Shown here in pieces: positions 50,161-63,650 of a stretch of 64,000 bases of DNA. Both the position numbers and the translations under genes were made by a program. The notes under the pieces are model-generated. The model saw only the letters and a list, made by a program, of their open reading frames with translations, had not been told where the DNA came from and searched no databases. Location of the stretch: assembly GCF_022045235.1 (NCBI RefSeq), contig NW_027266275.1:69006001-69070000 (forward strand). Direction: 5' to 3'. Every line of letters starts with the position of its first letter. Positions within the stretch are counted from its first letter, which is position 1. The DNA comes from Haliotis cracherodii (lineage: Eukaryota).

Positions 50161-50703
50161 TTGTGTTACGTTACTGATTGAGTGATTGAGTGAGTGATTG
50201 AGTGAGTGAGTTGTGTTTAACGACGATTCGAACAGAATACCAGTCATATGTGAGAGAAAAGTATTACAGGTGAAAGACGTATAACAACATTGATGAAACT
50301 CAAGAGCAGGGGTTTACCACCAAAATAATCCTAATCGGGGATTCGAACACACAATCAGCAGATCCTGCCCAGGGTACTGGACGCCACTCTGCACACGCAA
50401 CTCTGTCGTCCTTGGAACACTAGCCGTGCACACAAGCCTTTTCTTTGTCAGCCATGTCTGAGTCTCAAACGGAACATGTGAAATGTCAAAGTGACACTGA
50501 CTGTTGAAAAGCTCCCCATGGCACCATTCTACCGTTCCAGAATAATTTACATGCGAGTTCAGACGAGAACATGGCGATGGTGTGTCTATTCAGAAATTGA
50601 GGTATAACATTATGTCAACAGTTTTTGGGCGGTGCTCGGCCCAGTAAGTTATGTTTTTTCGTCATTCGCGGGAAGGGGGGGGGGGGGGGGGGGGGGGGGG
50701 GGT

Positions 50704-50858
50704 AGGGGTCCTCGAGGGTGGTTAAAGCGTGTGCTCGTCACGCCGAAGACCCAGTTTTGACTTCCCACATTGGTACAAGCCCATTTCTGGTGTCCGCCGT
50801 CGTGATATTGCTGGAAATATTGCTAAAAGCGGCGTAAAGCCATACTCACTCACTCATT
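50704..50858 (+). mobile_element. Diverged family A SINE preceded by a ~28-nt G tract
   Basis: A-family body and (ACTC)n tail; G run at 50676-50703. Confidence 0.75.
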
Positions 50859-52853
50859 CACGGAGGTCTGGGTGTCGTCAACGTCGAACGAATTGCATTC
50901 GACAAAATAACTGACATAAAATCCTATTCACCAAATACCTACATGTATGTAGAGGCTGCAGTGAATTTGTTCAATACTCCACAATACGTTGAAAGCTGAA
51001 ACACGCTGTAGTCCATTTATCTATCACATATGACAAAACATTTAAATAACTCGTGTATTAACATAATTTAATATGCGTGTATCTACTATAGGCTCTGTTG
51101 GTCAAAAGAGCACTGCATAAGCAGAACATCTCTGACGAGATGCTTGAAAATATACCCCTAGAAACACAGAACGAAAACATTGTCTCGTTAAACAAAACTT
51201 ACACTAGAAACATCATTTTCGAAATTCATCAGCAGATATGATGTGTCTTCTATTTCATATCAAACTAAAACAATATTTGGGGTTATTTTTAATTCTTTTC
51301 GCAATGCATTTTGAAATACATCTATATTACCTCTTCGTGGAAACTTAGTTACTGCGCTCTTTTGCGAGAAAAACATCATTTTAGGGAATCGATCATATTT
51401 CTCTTTAGATGTAACTATCGTCGCTGCGGCCATTTTCCCACTGGTTAGCGTATTCAAAGAACCAAGTCATTATTCTCGCTATAATTGTCAGTATAAAACA
51501 CGCATTGAGTATGTGTTTTCGCAAAATCGATTTTATTGCGCGCACTTGCCACTGATTCGTGCGCTTTATCCGAGGGGCTATTGATTCGGGGACATTGTTG
51601 AATTATTACAGAATAGTTAATTGCCGGGTCAACCTAGGCATAAATAGTCGCATTTTCGATAAATACACCGAACGATTTACGACACCGGAATATGGTCGTT
51701 TTCACTTTGTTACCTCACAGCTGTTACTGAAATCGACAAGTCTAACAGCTGATAGTCTGTGTGGATTGTAAGCACCTAATAGATATAGTTTACATAAATA
51801 GGATACTTAAGCATTATGAGAAGGTCTGATGGAAAGAAGGTCGGGTAATTTGCGATTCGTGGCGTCTGAAATCTACATGGGGTTAGAGAGGCCTGTATCG
51901 GTTTGCATGTCATGTTCTCATATCAAAGACGCCAGGGCCACTGAAATCGACATGTTTTTGGCTTCTATAAGGGACATGAAATGTATCAATTTACAACATA
52001 GCGGTATATGTAGTTGGACGAGAAATGGAACCAACTAACAATAGGTTTGATCTGAAAACTCATCTTCTGATGCTGGGCAGCTCAAAACGAATCTTGGTGA
52101 AATTGACGACTGACAGAAATCGACATTCTAATGACACTCTCGAGCGCATTTCCTCGATACATGAAATTGATCACATTGACAGGAACTTGGTGATGGTGAG
52201 CTACTACATATATAATATACATGTAATTCAACACTAGAACATCCCTTGGGCTCGAGTATTCAAAACTAATATCTAGTAGGCGACGCTCGTTTTTTTTTGT
52301 TTTGGTGTGTCGTATCTAAAATATCAACGAATCGAATTGTTTTCGTTCATGAAAAATTTCACACTTAAGGGTTTACAACCGTGAAATCAATTCTGATCAC
52401 GAAATACGCCATGTTGTTTACTGTTATTGAACGGTAACTGGAGATACAAAGCGTCTAACACAAACTGATTGTATTCCGTAGTCAGACAACGTTCATACAA
52501 TAGGCTCATTGTGACCTATGGATGTGGAAAATTCAATGTTTTTCTGATTATTAAATTCAATCCCATGGACCCACATACAAAACTACATAACTTTACAATT
52601 GGCAATATGGAATAGAGATATAGATCATTAAAAAAATGAAATGAAATTGTTAAATACGTGATGTTCTTAATAATAATGATGGTTTGCAGTAAGTGGAATC
52701 TTATACAGACGTATTGAGGGGTGATCCGGTGGCTGCGCCTGTGGATAAATAAATTGGCTCGTCTCACTTTGCGGCGTGTGTTGGAGGTCACGCCATTGGC
52801 CATGTCTCACAAGGGTTAGATCTAGGGCAGAATTGTACCCCAAGCCGTTGTGA

Positions 52854-53129
52854 GTGAGTGAGTTGGGTTTAACGCCGCTTTTAAACTTATTCCAGTTATA
52901 TCACGGCGTGTCAGCTTAATGTGGGATGAAAGCCCAAAGTGATGCAGGTCTCAGATGTTTACCACTTCGGTGAAACCCACGAGAACGGGTAAGGTGCTGA
53001 CAAACCTAGAAACATAATCGGGGCGAACCGGGATTCAAACCCACAAGCATAGGTTTCTGGCGTGCCCAAGGGACGCAACTCTGCACAGCGAATCGCGGCG
53101 CCTTAGACGACTAGGCCACCCGTGCCCCC
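52854..53129 (-). mobile_element. SINE family B, full length
   Basis: TSD CAAGCCGTTGTGA at 52841-52853 and 53130-53142. Confidence 0.92.
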
Positions 53130-53309
53130 CAAGCCGTTGTGACTTAGTTGATACATTGCAAACTGTCTTATAGAATACAGTATTAATTAGAACAGTGCTG
53201 ACTGTGGTGTTAAGGAGGTTCATACTAGTTTCCCTGTCGTGATATTGCTAGAATATTCTAAATACGTCGAGGAACCAAACTCGCACCCTTTAACGGCACA
53301 ACAGCCTAT

Positions 53310-55800
53310 TAGTGAACGAGTGGAGAGTGAGTGGGGAACAAACTGCGAGCGAAAAGTGAGCGAATATTGAGCTAGTAATGAACGTGTATTAAACGAATAG
53401 TGAGCTCGTAATGGGCGAGTAGTGAACGAGTGGTGGATGAGTTGGGAACTAGTAATGAGCGAGTGGTAATCGAGTAGTGAGATAGTAACGAGCTAGTATG
53501 CGCGAGTGGTGAGCGAGTGGTAAACGAGTAGTAAGATAGTAACGAGCTAGTATGCGCGAGTGGTAAACGAGTAGTAAGATAGTAACGAGCTAGTATGCGC
53601 GAGTGGTGAGCGAGTGGTGAACGAATAGTAAGATAGTAACGAGCTAGTATGCGCGAGTGGTGAGCGAGTGGTAAACGAGTAGTAAGATAGTAACGAGATA
53701 GTATGCGCGAATGGTGAGCGAGTGGTAAACGAGTAGTAAGATAGTAACGAGCTAGTATGCGCGAATGGTGAGCGAGGGAAACGAGTGAGGATCTAGTAAC
53801 GAGCGGATTGAGAGCGAATGATGAGTGAGTGGAAGACGAGTGGGGAGCTAGTAACGAGCGGATTGAGAGCGAATGATGAGCGAGTGGTGAACGCGTGGGG
53901 AGCAAGTTATAAGCGGATTGAGAGCGAATGATGAGCGAGTGGTGGACGAGTGGGGAGCAAGTTATAAGCGGATTGAGAGCGAATGATGAGCGAGTGGTGG
54001 ACGAGTGGGGAGCAAGTTATAAGCGGATTGAGAGGGAATGATGAGCGAGTGGTGGACGAGTGGGGAGCAAGTTATAAGCGGATTGAGAACAAATGATGAG
54101 CGAGTGGTAAACGAGTGGGGAGCAAGTTATAAGCGGATTGAGAGCGAATGATGAGCGAGTGGTGGACGAGTGGGGAGCAAGTTATAAGCGGATTGAGAGC
54201 AAATGATGAGCGAGAGGTGAACGAGTGGGGAGCTCGTAACGAGCGGATTGTGGAATGATGAGCGAGTGGTGGACGAGTGGGGAGCTAGTAACGAGCGGAT
54301 TGTGAGCGAATGATGAACGAGTGGTGGACGAGTGGGGAGCTAGTAACGAGCGGATTGTGAGCGAATGATGAACGAGTGGTGGACGAGTGGGGAGCTAGTA
54401 ACGAGCGGATTGTGAGCGAATGATGAACGAGTGGTGGACGAGTGGGGAGCTAGTAACGGGCGGATTGTGAGAATGATGAGCGAGTGGGGAGCGAGTGGGG
54501 AGCTAGTAACGAGCGGATTGTAAGCGAGTGGTGAACGAGTGGGGAGCTAGTAACGAGCGGATTGTGAGCGAGAGATGAACGAGTGGTGGACGAGTGGGGA
54601 GCTAGTAACGAGCGGATTGTGAGCGAATGATGAACGAGTGGTGGACGAGTGGGGAGCTAGTAACGGGCGGATTGTGAGAATGATGAGCGAGTGGGGAGCG
54701 AGTGGGGAGCTAGTAACGAGCGGATTGTGAGCGAGTGGTGAACGAGTGGTGAACGAGTGGGGAGCTAGTAACGAGCGGATTGTGAGCGAATGATGAACGA
54801 GTGGTGAACGAGTGGGGAGCTAGTAACGAGCGGATTGTGAGCGAATGATGAACGAGTGGTGAACGAGTGGGGAGCTAGTAACGAGCGGATTGTGAGCGAA
54901 TGATGAACGAGTGGTGAACGAGTGGGGAGCTAGTAACGAGCGGATTGTGAGCGAATGATGAACGAGTGGTGGACGAGTGGGGAGCTAGTAACGGGCGGAT
55001 TGTGAGAATGATGAGCGAGTGGGGAGCTAGTAACGAGCGGATTGTGAGCGAGTGGTGAACGAGTGGTGAACGAGTGGGGAGCTAGTAACGAGCGGATTGT
55101 GAGCGAATGATGAACGAGTGGTGAACGAGTGGGGAGCTAGTAACGAGCGGATTGTGAGAATGATGAGCGAGTGGGGAGCGAGTGGGGAGCTAGTAACGAG
55201 CGGATTGTGAGCGAGTGGTGAACGAATGGGGAGCTAGTAACGGGCGGATTGTGAGCGAGTGGTGAACGAGTGGGGAGCTAGTAACGAGCGGATTGTGGAA
55301 TGATGAGCGAGAGGTGAACGAGTGGGGAGCTCGTAACGAGCGGATTGTGAGCGAGTGGTGAACGAGTGGGGAGCTAGTAACGAGCGGATTGTGGAATGAT
55401 GAGCGAGAGGTGAACGAGTGGGGAGCTCGTAACGAGCGGATTGTGAGCGAGTGGTGAACGAGTGGGGAGCTAGTAACGGGCGGATTGTGGAATGATGAGC
55501 GAGAGGTGAACGAGTGGGGAGCTAGTAACGAGCGGATTGTGAGCGAGTGGTGAACGAGTGGGGAGCTAGTAACGGGCGGATTGTGAGCGAATGATGAACG
55601 AGTGGTGAACGAGTGAGGAGATGGTTATAAGCGAGTGGTAAACGAGTAGTGAGCTAGTAATGAACTGGTGTTGAGCGAATGGTGAACGAGCTAGTAATGC
55701 GCGAGTCGGGGAGGGGGGGGGGGGGGGGGGGGGGGGAACGATGTGCGAGTGATGGACGAGTGGGGAGCTAGTAACGAGCGAATAATTGTGAGCGAGTGAG
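53310..55800. repeat. Satellite 5: purine-rich array built from 11-bp subunits (44-55-bp higher-order units)
   Basis: [GAACGAGTGGG][GAGCTAGTAAC][GAGCGGATTGT][GAGCGAATGAT][GAACGAGTGGT]. Confidence 0.93.
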
Positions 55801-56824
55801 TAGACAGGGAGCAGTGTTTGAGTGAGTTTGGTTTCAACAGTATTCCAACTATAGCACGGCGAGGGACCCAAAGAATGGGCTTGGCGGAGAATCGAACTGC
55901 GTCCTTCTGAGTCAAGAGCCAACGCTTTGACCACAAGCCCATCGACAACAACACGCGGCTACAGGAACGTCACATAGCCGTCCTAATGAGGGGTGGAGGT
56001 CGGGTTGGGGACACAACACATTTAATAGGCAGCTTATGATTAGTATCAGAAAAAATACCTTATCAGGTGTTAATAACGTGTTATACCACATGTAAATATA
56101 TTAAAAATAACAACAAGATATTATTTACGGTGTAGCGAAGATCATACCATACTTTCTGCCTTCCGTTAATTATGGTAAATACGGTGTCAATACTTGGCGT
56201 GTAATGTGTGATTGGGGTCACAAACTCCGGTCGATAACTTTCTGATAACGTTTGTTATGCGAATAATTACATGGAAGGGAAGTGATTGCTATCATTATCC
56301 GCCATTCGAATACGGATGCCTTTTTAAAACAAAGATATATATATATATTTCTCAGCCTGTATTCTATCCCTTGTCGATATAGCGTAATGGTGTAATGAGT
56401 CTATTCGGGTCCTTGAAATGTATGATTGTTTAATTTGATAGGGATGTATGTTTTTTTTCATTAAGCTATGCTTCCACGCTCGGTGCTGTATGGAAACGAG
56501 GTTGACTGGGGAATGATAACGATTCTAGAACAGTTTTGTTGTTGTCGAAATCGTTTCTCGATGCAATCGCCTCTAATCTTATTTTAAGCGGATTATATCA
56601 TATGCGTATCTTCATTACTAAAACAATCTGTGGTGTTTTGGGGTTTCGTGTTCTATGTCTGTGTTGGGTTGTCATGGCGACATAATGAAAAAAATATGGA
56701 AAGAGTTGGGCAATCGCATCTGCTGTCTGATAAAACAGCCATCTATGATATCGGGTAAAAGAGTCAAAAGAGGTATAAATGTCTACAAAATTTAAATTCG
56801 GCATTCGCGTCTTCCAGTAGATGA

Positions 56825-57037
56825 CTCAGTTATATCACGGCGTGTCAGCTTGATGTGGGAGGAAAGTGATGCGGGTCTCAGATGGTAACCACTTTGGTGA
56901 AACCCACAACCACAAGTCAATCCTAGAAACACATTGTGGCTCACCGGGATTCGAGTTATAGGTTTCTGGTGTGCCCAAGGGAGGCAACTCTGCAAAGCGA
57001 ATTGCGGCACCTTAGACGGCCGGGCCACCCGTGCCCC
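56825..57037 (-). mobile_element. SINE family B, diverged
   Basis: rc of the B head and body. Confidence 0.78.
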
Positions 57038-57127
57038 AGTATGATGTAAATGCAGTAATGCAATTTATAGTTCAGAAAAAAATGCCAAAGGTTAGAGTTA
57101 CGGGTCACCACAGTCAGACTTAGATAT

Positions 57128-57288
57128 GGGGCGGTCGGGTAGCCCAGTGGTTAAAGCGTTCGCTCGTCACGCCGAAGACCCGGGTTCGATTCCCGAGATG
57201 ATTACATTATGTAAAGCCTATTCCTGGTGTCCCCGCCGTGATCTTGCTGGAAAAGTGCTAAAAGCGGCTAAAAACCATACTCACTCAC
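57128..57288 (+). mobile_element. SINE family A, full length
   Basis: TSD TCAGAC(T/C)TAGATAT at 57114-57127 and 57289-57302. Confidence 0.9.
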
Positions 57289-57537
57289 TCAGACCTAGAT
57301 ATACAGATCGGCTGGATGGAAATCAATGCATGACAACGATCCCGAAATATATGTGGTCCAAGGACGCAGATCGTCACACATACGTCATAGTTTTGCTGGA
57401 ACATCTTCCTCGGCATTCTTACAGAAACAAACCAGCGTGAAGAATGCTATATAGTTAAACCCTGTCAGTCCAAATCCTGTTATTTGCAGTCGACTAGGAG
57501 CATTGCGATATAAACAGACACTGTGGGTTGGAGCTGA

Positions 57538-57817
57538 GTGAGTGAGTGAGTTGGGTTTAACGCCGCTTTTAACAGTATTCCAGTTATATCACGGCGTGTC
57601 AGCTTAATGTGTGAGGAAAGCCCGAAGTGATGCAGGTCTCAGACGTTTACCACTTCGGTGAAACCCACGAGCACGGGTATGGTGCTGACAAACCTAGAAA
57701 CATAATTGGGGTGAGCCGGGATTCAAACCCACAATCATAGGTTTCTGGCGTGCCCAAGGGACGCAACTCTGCACAGCGAATCGCGGCGCCTTAGATGACT
57801 GGGCCACCCGTGCCCCC
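57538..57817 (-). mobile_element. SINE family B, full length
   Basis: TSD GGGTTGGAGCTGA at 57525-57537 and 57818-57830. Confidence 0.92.
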
Positions 57818-57866
57818 GGGTTGGAGCTGAATGGAGGGGAGGAAGGGGGTTTAAGGGGAGTGAGTA

Positions 57867-58043
57867 CAGTAAACTACGGTTATAACGAACTCAAAGGGAC
57901 CACTAATTTTAATTCGTAATAACCGTAGTTCGTTATAAGCAAATGTACTGAATATATACACAGGAAATAGACAGGACCAAAAACATAGTTCGTTATATCC
58001 GTCAGTTCGTTATAAGCGTGTTCGTTATAAACGTAGTTTACTC
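57867..58043. mobile_element. MITE copy 3, nested in the tail of a family A SINE (57858-58190)
   Basis: GAGTGAGTA|CAGTAAA...TTTACTC|TA, after which the A-family sequence resumes. Confidence 0.85.
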
Positions 58044-59424
58044 TAAGTTATTTACGCATTTTTTAACAATATTCCAGCAATATCACAGCGGGGACACCAG
58101 ACTTCACGCACTGTACCCATGTGTGGAACGAACCCGGGCCTTCGGTGTGAAGAACGAACGCTGTAATCACTAGGCTACTCCAACGCTCTGGCACTGAAGT
58201 ACCTTTAAAACGCCACAAAGATGCCAGCCGGTCCTAAAGAATACAAGCACAAGCACAGACTCACTATCCAATAGCTTCAATTAAGCGGTTTTAATGTGCG
58301 GAGAATAAGAGTAACCCCTTGTTGAATTAATCACACAAATAGCAGGTGATTACAAATTGAATGCTTGAATTTGAATGTCACACAGACATGTCATGAAGCT
58401 TGACGTTTCTGTATCAGATGACATTAAAGGAATAATGTCTGTTGTCTGCCCCAAGTGTTTATCACAATAGTAAACAGGCGATATTGCTCAAGTATGTCTG
58501 TAGCCAGCCCGTATCTCCGGCTCAGCCGGAATTTCAAGTTTCGCAACATGATCACGCGTTATCGTGTATCCTGGTCAATATAAGCAGGTCAAACGCGAAC
58601 CGCTTGGCTTACAGTTTGAAAGCCTGGTTACAGAGGCATGACGGCGGAACCGATCGACTCCCTCCAACGTGTCTTCATGTCTTGAATATTTACAAAAGAC
58701 GCGGATTCAGCGAGCGTGAAGACGAATCACAGAGAACAATACCAACCCCGCGGCGTCTCCAACAGAAGGGAAAACCACGCATCTATGTAACCCAACCGTT
58801 TTCGTGTACAAATAGTTCGAACCGTACCCTGCTTATCTTCTGTTGCGAAACGTTATGCACTTGGAAGACATAGCCACAAGCCCCGCGGTATGTGAATAGC
58901 GACGTCGGTTGTATGGCGATTTGCCGGAAATCCTTCCGCGCTATTTAGGTGCTGAACTTGTAGTGACGTGTCTTTACCCTCAGCCATCTTTTAGCAAATG
59001 TTCTGAAACGGCTGTTAGCTTTGAGCATTGTGAAAATAACATTTCCTGCGCGGGAAACATAGGTTTTGTTGAGTGAGATTTGTAAAGGGCGATACTACGG
59101 CCCCGTAACCGGCCTCACAGATCGGGCTAATCTGGTCGCCATTTTGAAAACCAACACAATGATATTGCCAAAGCCCGCTTCCTTTCTCTACAATTAGAAT
59201 TGCGAATGTTGCGCGATTTTTTCTAAAGGCTATTCCCTGAGAAACATCATTGTAATCAAACATAAATTTAAATTTCTTTCCCAGTGCTCCGTGCAATGTG
59301 TTTAAACATAACGGTGGGGAACGACCGATTTGTCGCACGTTTTGTATATTAGAAATCTGTTGGGCGGTCCTACATGCGTACATTTATATCTGTTTCCAAT
59401 ACTACATGTTTTGCTATAAACTCT

Positions 59425-60010
59425 GATATCTGTATAAAGACATTAAGTGCCGGATATGTGTCTGTATAAGCGGGATATATGTCTGTATGAGCGGGATATA
59501 TGTCTGTATAAGCGGAATATGTACCTGTATAAGCGGGATATATGTCTGTATGAGCAGGATATATGTCTGTATAAGCGGGATATGTACCTGTGCAAACGGG
59601 ATATGTGTCTGTGCAAACGGGATATATGCATGGAAAAAATTGATTTGTGTCTGTATGAACGGGATATGTGTCTGTATTAACGAGGTATATGTCTGTATTA
59701 ACGAGGTATATGTCTGTATGAACGGGATGTGTGTCTGTATTAACTAGGTATATATCTGTATGACGAAGTATGTGTCTGTATGGACGGGATGTGTGTCTGT
59801 ATTAACGAGGTATATGTCTGTATGACGAAGTATGTGTCTGTATGAACGGGATGTGTGTCTGTATTTACGAGGTATATGTCTGTATGACGAGGTATGTGTC
59901 TGTCTGGACCGGATGTGTGTCTGTATAAACGACGTATGTTTATGTATGGAAGGGATATGTGTCTGTATAAACGAAGCATGTTTATGTATGGAAGGGATAT
60001 GTGTCTATCT
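59425..60010. repeat. Satellite 6: 20/21-bp tandem array
   Basis: Unit approximately GTCTGTATAAGCGGGATATAT. Confidence 0.9.
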
Positions 60011-60344
60011 TGACGGCGTAAAATGTGAATTCTTCCACCCTCACCTCTCCAGTCCTTTCTCAAATCTTTCCTCTGAAGTTTGTACTTTGTAAGCCCTTAT
60101 AGTTCGCGATTAATCGTTCTCCTTGCCCTACAGCCTAACACCTACAAAATAAACACACGCCTATTTAAGAAATATTGGCACAGCAATTACACGATAATAA
60201 ACCTATGTCCTCCTGTCGTATTCACAAAATGTCCACACGCCCGTAAAGTCTGCAAATGTCTCTGCCTGCACGTAATCATCTTTTGTGTTTTAGTTATGTG
60301 ACCTACTTCTTGACAACAAAGCTCACTGTTTCCACTGGAATCGT

Positions 60345-62290
60345 ACATTCAGGGAACTATATAAACATACAATCTGGGGAACTANNNNNNNNNNNNNNNN
60401 NNNNNNNNNNNNNNNNNNNNNNNNNNNNNNNNNNNNNNNNNNNNNNNNNNNNNNNNNNNNNNNNNNNNNNNNNNNNNNNNNNNNNNNNNNNNNNNNNNNN
60501 NNNNNNNNNNNNNNNNNNNNNNNNNNNNNNNNNNNNNNNNNNNNNNNNNCACACGTTTAGTGGGAACTATATACACACACATTCAGGGGAACTATATACA
60601 CACACATTCAGGGGAACTATATACACACATTCAGGGGAACTATATATACACATTCAGGGGAACTATATATACACATTCAGGGGAACTATATACACACATT
60701 CAGGGGAACTATATATACACATTCAGGGGAACTATATACACACATTCAGAGGAACTATATACACACATTCAGAGGAACTATATACACACATTCAGAGGAA
60801 CTATATACACACATTCAGGGGAACTATATACACACATTCAGAGGAACTATAAACACACATTCAGGGGAACAATGTGAACACATTCAGGGGAACTATATAC
60901 ACACATTCAGGGAACTATATACACACATTCAGGGGAACAATGTGAACACATTCAGGGGAACTATATACACACATTCAGGGGAACTATATACACACATTCA
61001 GGGGAACTATAAACACACATTCAGGGGAACAATGTGAACACATTCAGGGGAACAATGTGAACACATTCAGGGGAACTATACACACATTCAGGGGAACAAT
61101 GTGAACACATTCAGGGGAACTATATACACACATTCAGGGGAACTATATATACACATTCAGGGGAACTATATATACACATTCAGGGGAACTATATACAAAT
61201 CCAGGGAACTATATACACACATTCAGGGGAACAATGTGAACACATTCAGGGGAACTATATACACACATTCAGGGGAACTATATACACACATTCAGGGGAA
61301 CTATAAACACACATTCAGGGGAACAATGTGAACACATTCAGGGGAACTATATACACACATTCAGGGGAACTATATATACACATTCAGGGGAACTATATAT
61401 ACACATTCAGGGGAACTATATACACACATTCAGAGGAACTATATACACACATTAAGAGGAACTATATACACACATTCAGAGGAACTATATACACACATTC
61501 AGGGGAACTATATACACACATTCAGAGGAACTATATACACACATTCAGGGGAACTATATACACACATTCAGGGGAACTATATACACACATTCAGAGGAAC
61601 TATATACACACATTCAGGGGAACAATGTGAACACATTCAGGGGAACTATATACACACATTCAGGGGAACAATGTGAACACATTCAGGGGAACTATATACA
61701 CAAATCCAGGGAACTATATACACACATTCAGGGGAACAATGTGAACACATTCAGGGGAACTATATACACACATTCAGGGGAACTATATACACACATTCAG
61801 GGGAACTATAAACACACATTCAGGGGAACAATGTGAACACATTCAGGGGAACTATACACACATTCAGGGGAACAATGTGAACACATTCAGGGGAACTATA
61901 TACACACATTCAGGGGAACTATATACACACATTCAGGGGAACTATAAACACACATTCAGGGGAACAATGTGAACACATTCAGGGGAACTATACACACATT
62001 CAGGGGAACTATATACACACATTCAGGGGAACTATATACACACATTCAGGGGAACTATATACACACATTCAGGGAACTATATACACACATTCAGGGGAAC
62101 TATAAACACACATTCAGGGGAACTATATACACACATTCAGGGGAACTATATACACACATTCAGGGGAACTATATACACACATTCAGGGGAACTATAAACA
62201 CACATTCAGGGGAACAATGTGAACACATTCAGGGGAACTATACACACATTCAGGGGAACTATATACACACATTCAGGGGAACTATGCACA
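60345..62290. repeat. Satellite 7: 23-bp tandem array containing an N gap at 60385-60549
   Basis: Unit TTCAGGGGAACTATATACACACA, with variant ...AACAATGTGAACACA. Confidence 0.97.
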
Positions 62291-62894
62291 CGCCCATATA
62301 GAGGCACAATATCAACACACATTAAAAGGAACTAAATGTTCATACATTCAGGGACACGACATACTCTCAGCGAAAAGGGAGTCCATGGTTGGTCATCAAA
62401 GTTTCGTTGCCTGGTAACGACAAATATCTGGTTTCATCTCTTGTATTACAGAGTGAAGTGTTAACTCGCTTAGTTCACACTTATCTACTGTTGGAATATT
62501 CGCAATATGTAAATAATGTAGATCACTTTTATAACACGCTTCAAGTGTGAGCGCTGGTTCGCATCACTAGGTCCGACTGCTGTGCGTGTTGTGTGGGCGA
62601 TTCTCCTCGCCTGCAGCTGTCAGGTCATACCACAGTTTATCGACACACAGTGAAAACTTTGCATCACCATATATTCCGATTGTTACATGCACAATGGAAT
62701 ACATAATCAAACCATGGTTCTAAAAGGACTGCGTCGTTAACTAAAATTTGCGCGACGCCTAACGGCTGTTTCAATGAACGTTAATTGCGGGTTATATGTT
62801 CGTTCAGGCAAAACAGCAATAACGTTTTCCGTGGTATCCCCGCCTTTATGGACGCTTGTGCTTTGGGTCGTACTGAAGTCAGCTACAATGCTCA

Positions 62895-63220
62895 ATATTC
62901 CAGTCAGTCATGGTATCCAGGAGCTCCAGCCTTTGATGTCTATGCGTGCAACAGTAATGAGATACATCTTTCTACGAAGATTTCAAAGAGCATCGACTCT
63001 TGCTCAAAAACTGTCTGACCAGGGATACAGCATTCAAGACCAAAGAAAAAAATTCAAATCGTTTTATGGTAAACGTGTGGGGGATATTTATATATATGAC
63101 GCATCGGTGACCAAAATGATGTCTTATGCATTTCCCTACTTGACTTTACTTTGCATGTGTTTGTGACCAGTGCTTCCGGTGGGGCAAGATTCGCGCACCC
63201 TTCTCGAAACCTGGTATCAT
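62895..63220 (+). pseudogene. Decayed C-terminal end of a Penelope-like retroelement RT ORF
   Basis: Frameshifted translation YPGAPAFDVY..VMRY..SFYEDFK..LAQKLSDQGY..KKFKSFYGK resembles the PAYGVY.SQLIRY...KL..QGY...F.KFY region of Penelope-like RTs (from memory). Confidence 0.6.
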
Positions 63221-63224
63221 TACT

Positions 63225-63354
63225 ATGCTATCCATCAATATCACGACGGGGACACCAGAAATGGGCTTCACACATAGTACCCATGTCGTGAATCGAACCC
63301 GGGTCTTCGACGTGACGAGCGAACGCTTTAACCACTGGGCTAACCGACCACCCC
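63225..63354 (-). mobile_element. SINE family A lacking its tail
   Basis: rc of the A head and body. Confidence 0.82.
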
Positions 63355-63650
63355 TTAAACTACATGGAACATTAGATGGGGAAATAATACAAGTTTTCCC
63401 CGAATAGGCTGATTTAAGAAAATCGTTTAACAGTCGGCATGTTTCTATGGAAATATCGCTTGTCTATTTCCCTGAATATAATTATCCTGCTATTGTTTAC
63501 CGTAAATTGTGACAGTTATTTCAATAAAAGATTAAATTTATGACTCAGCACAAACTATAGGAGATTATATAAACCCTCTTTATGTCGATGCATGTAAAAT
63601 TAGATTTACAAGTGCTCTTGAAAACTGCAGTGTAATCGGCGGCTGGGATA

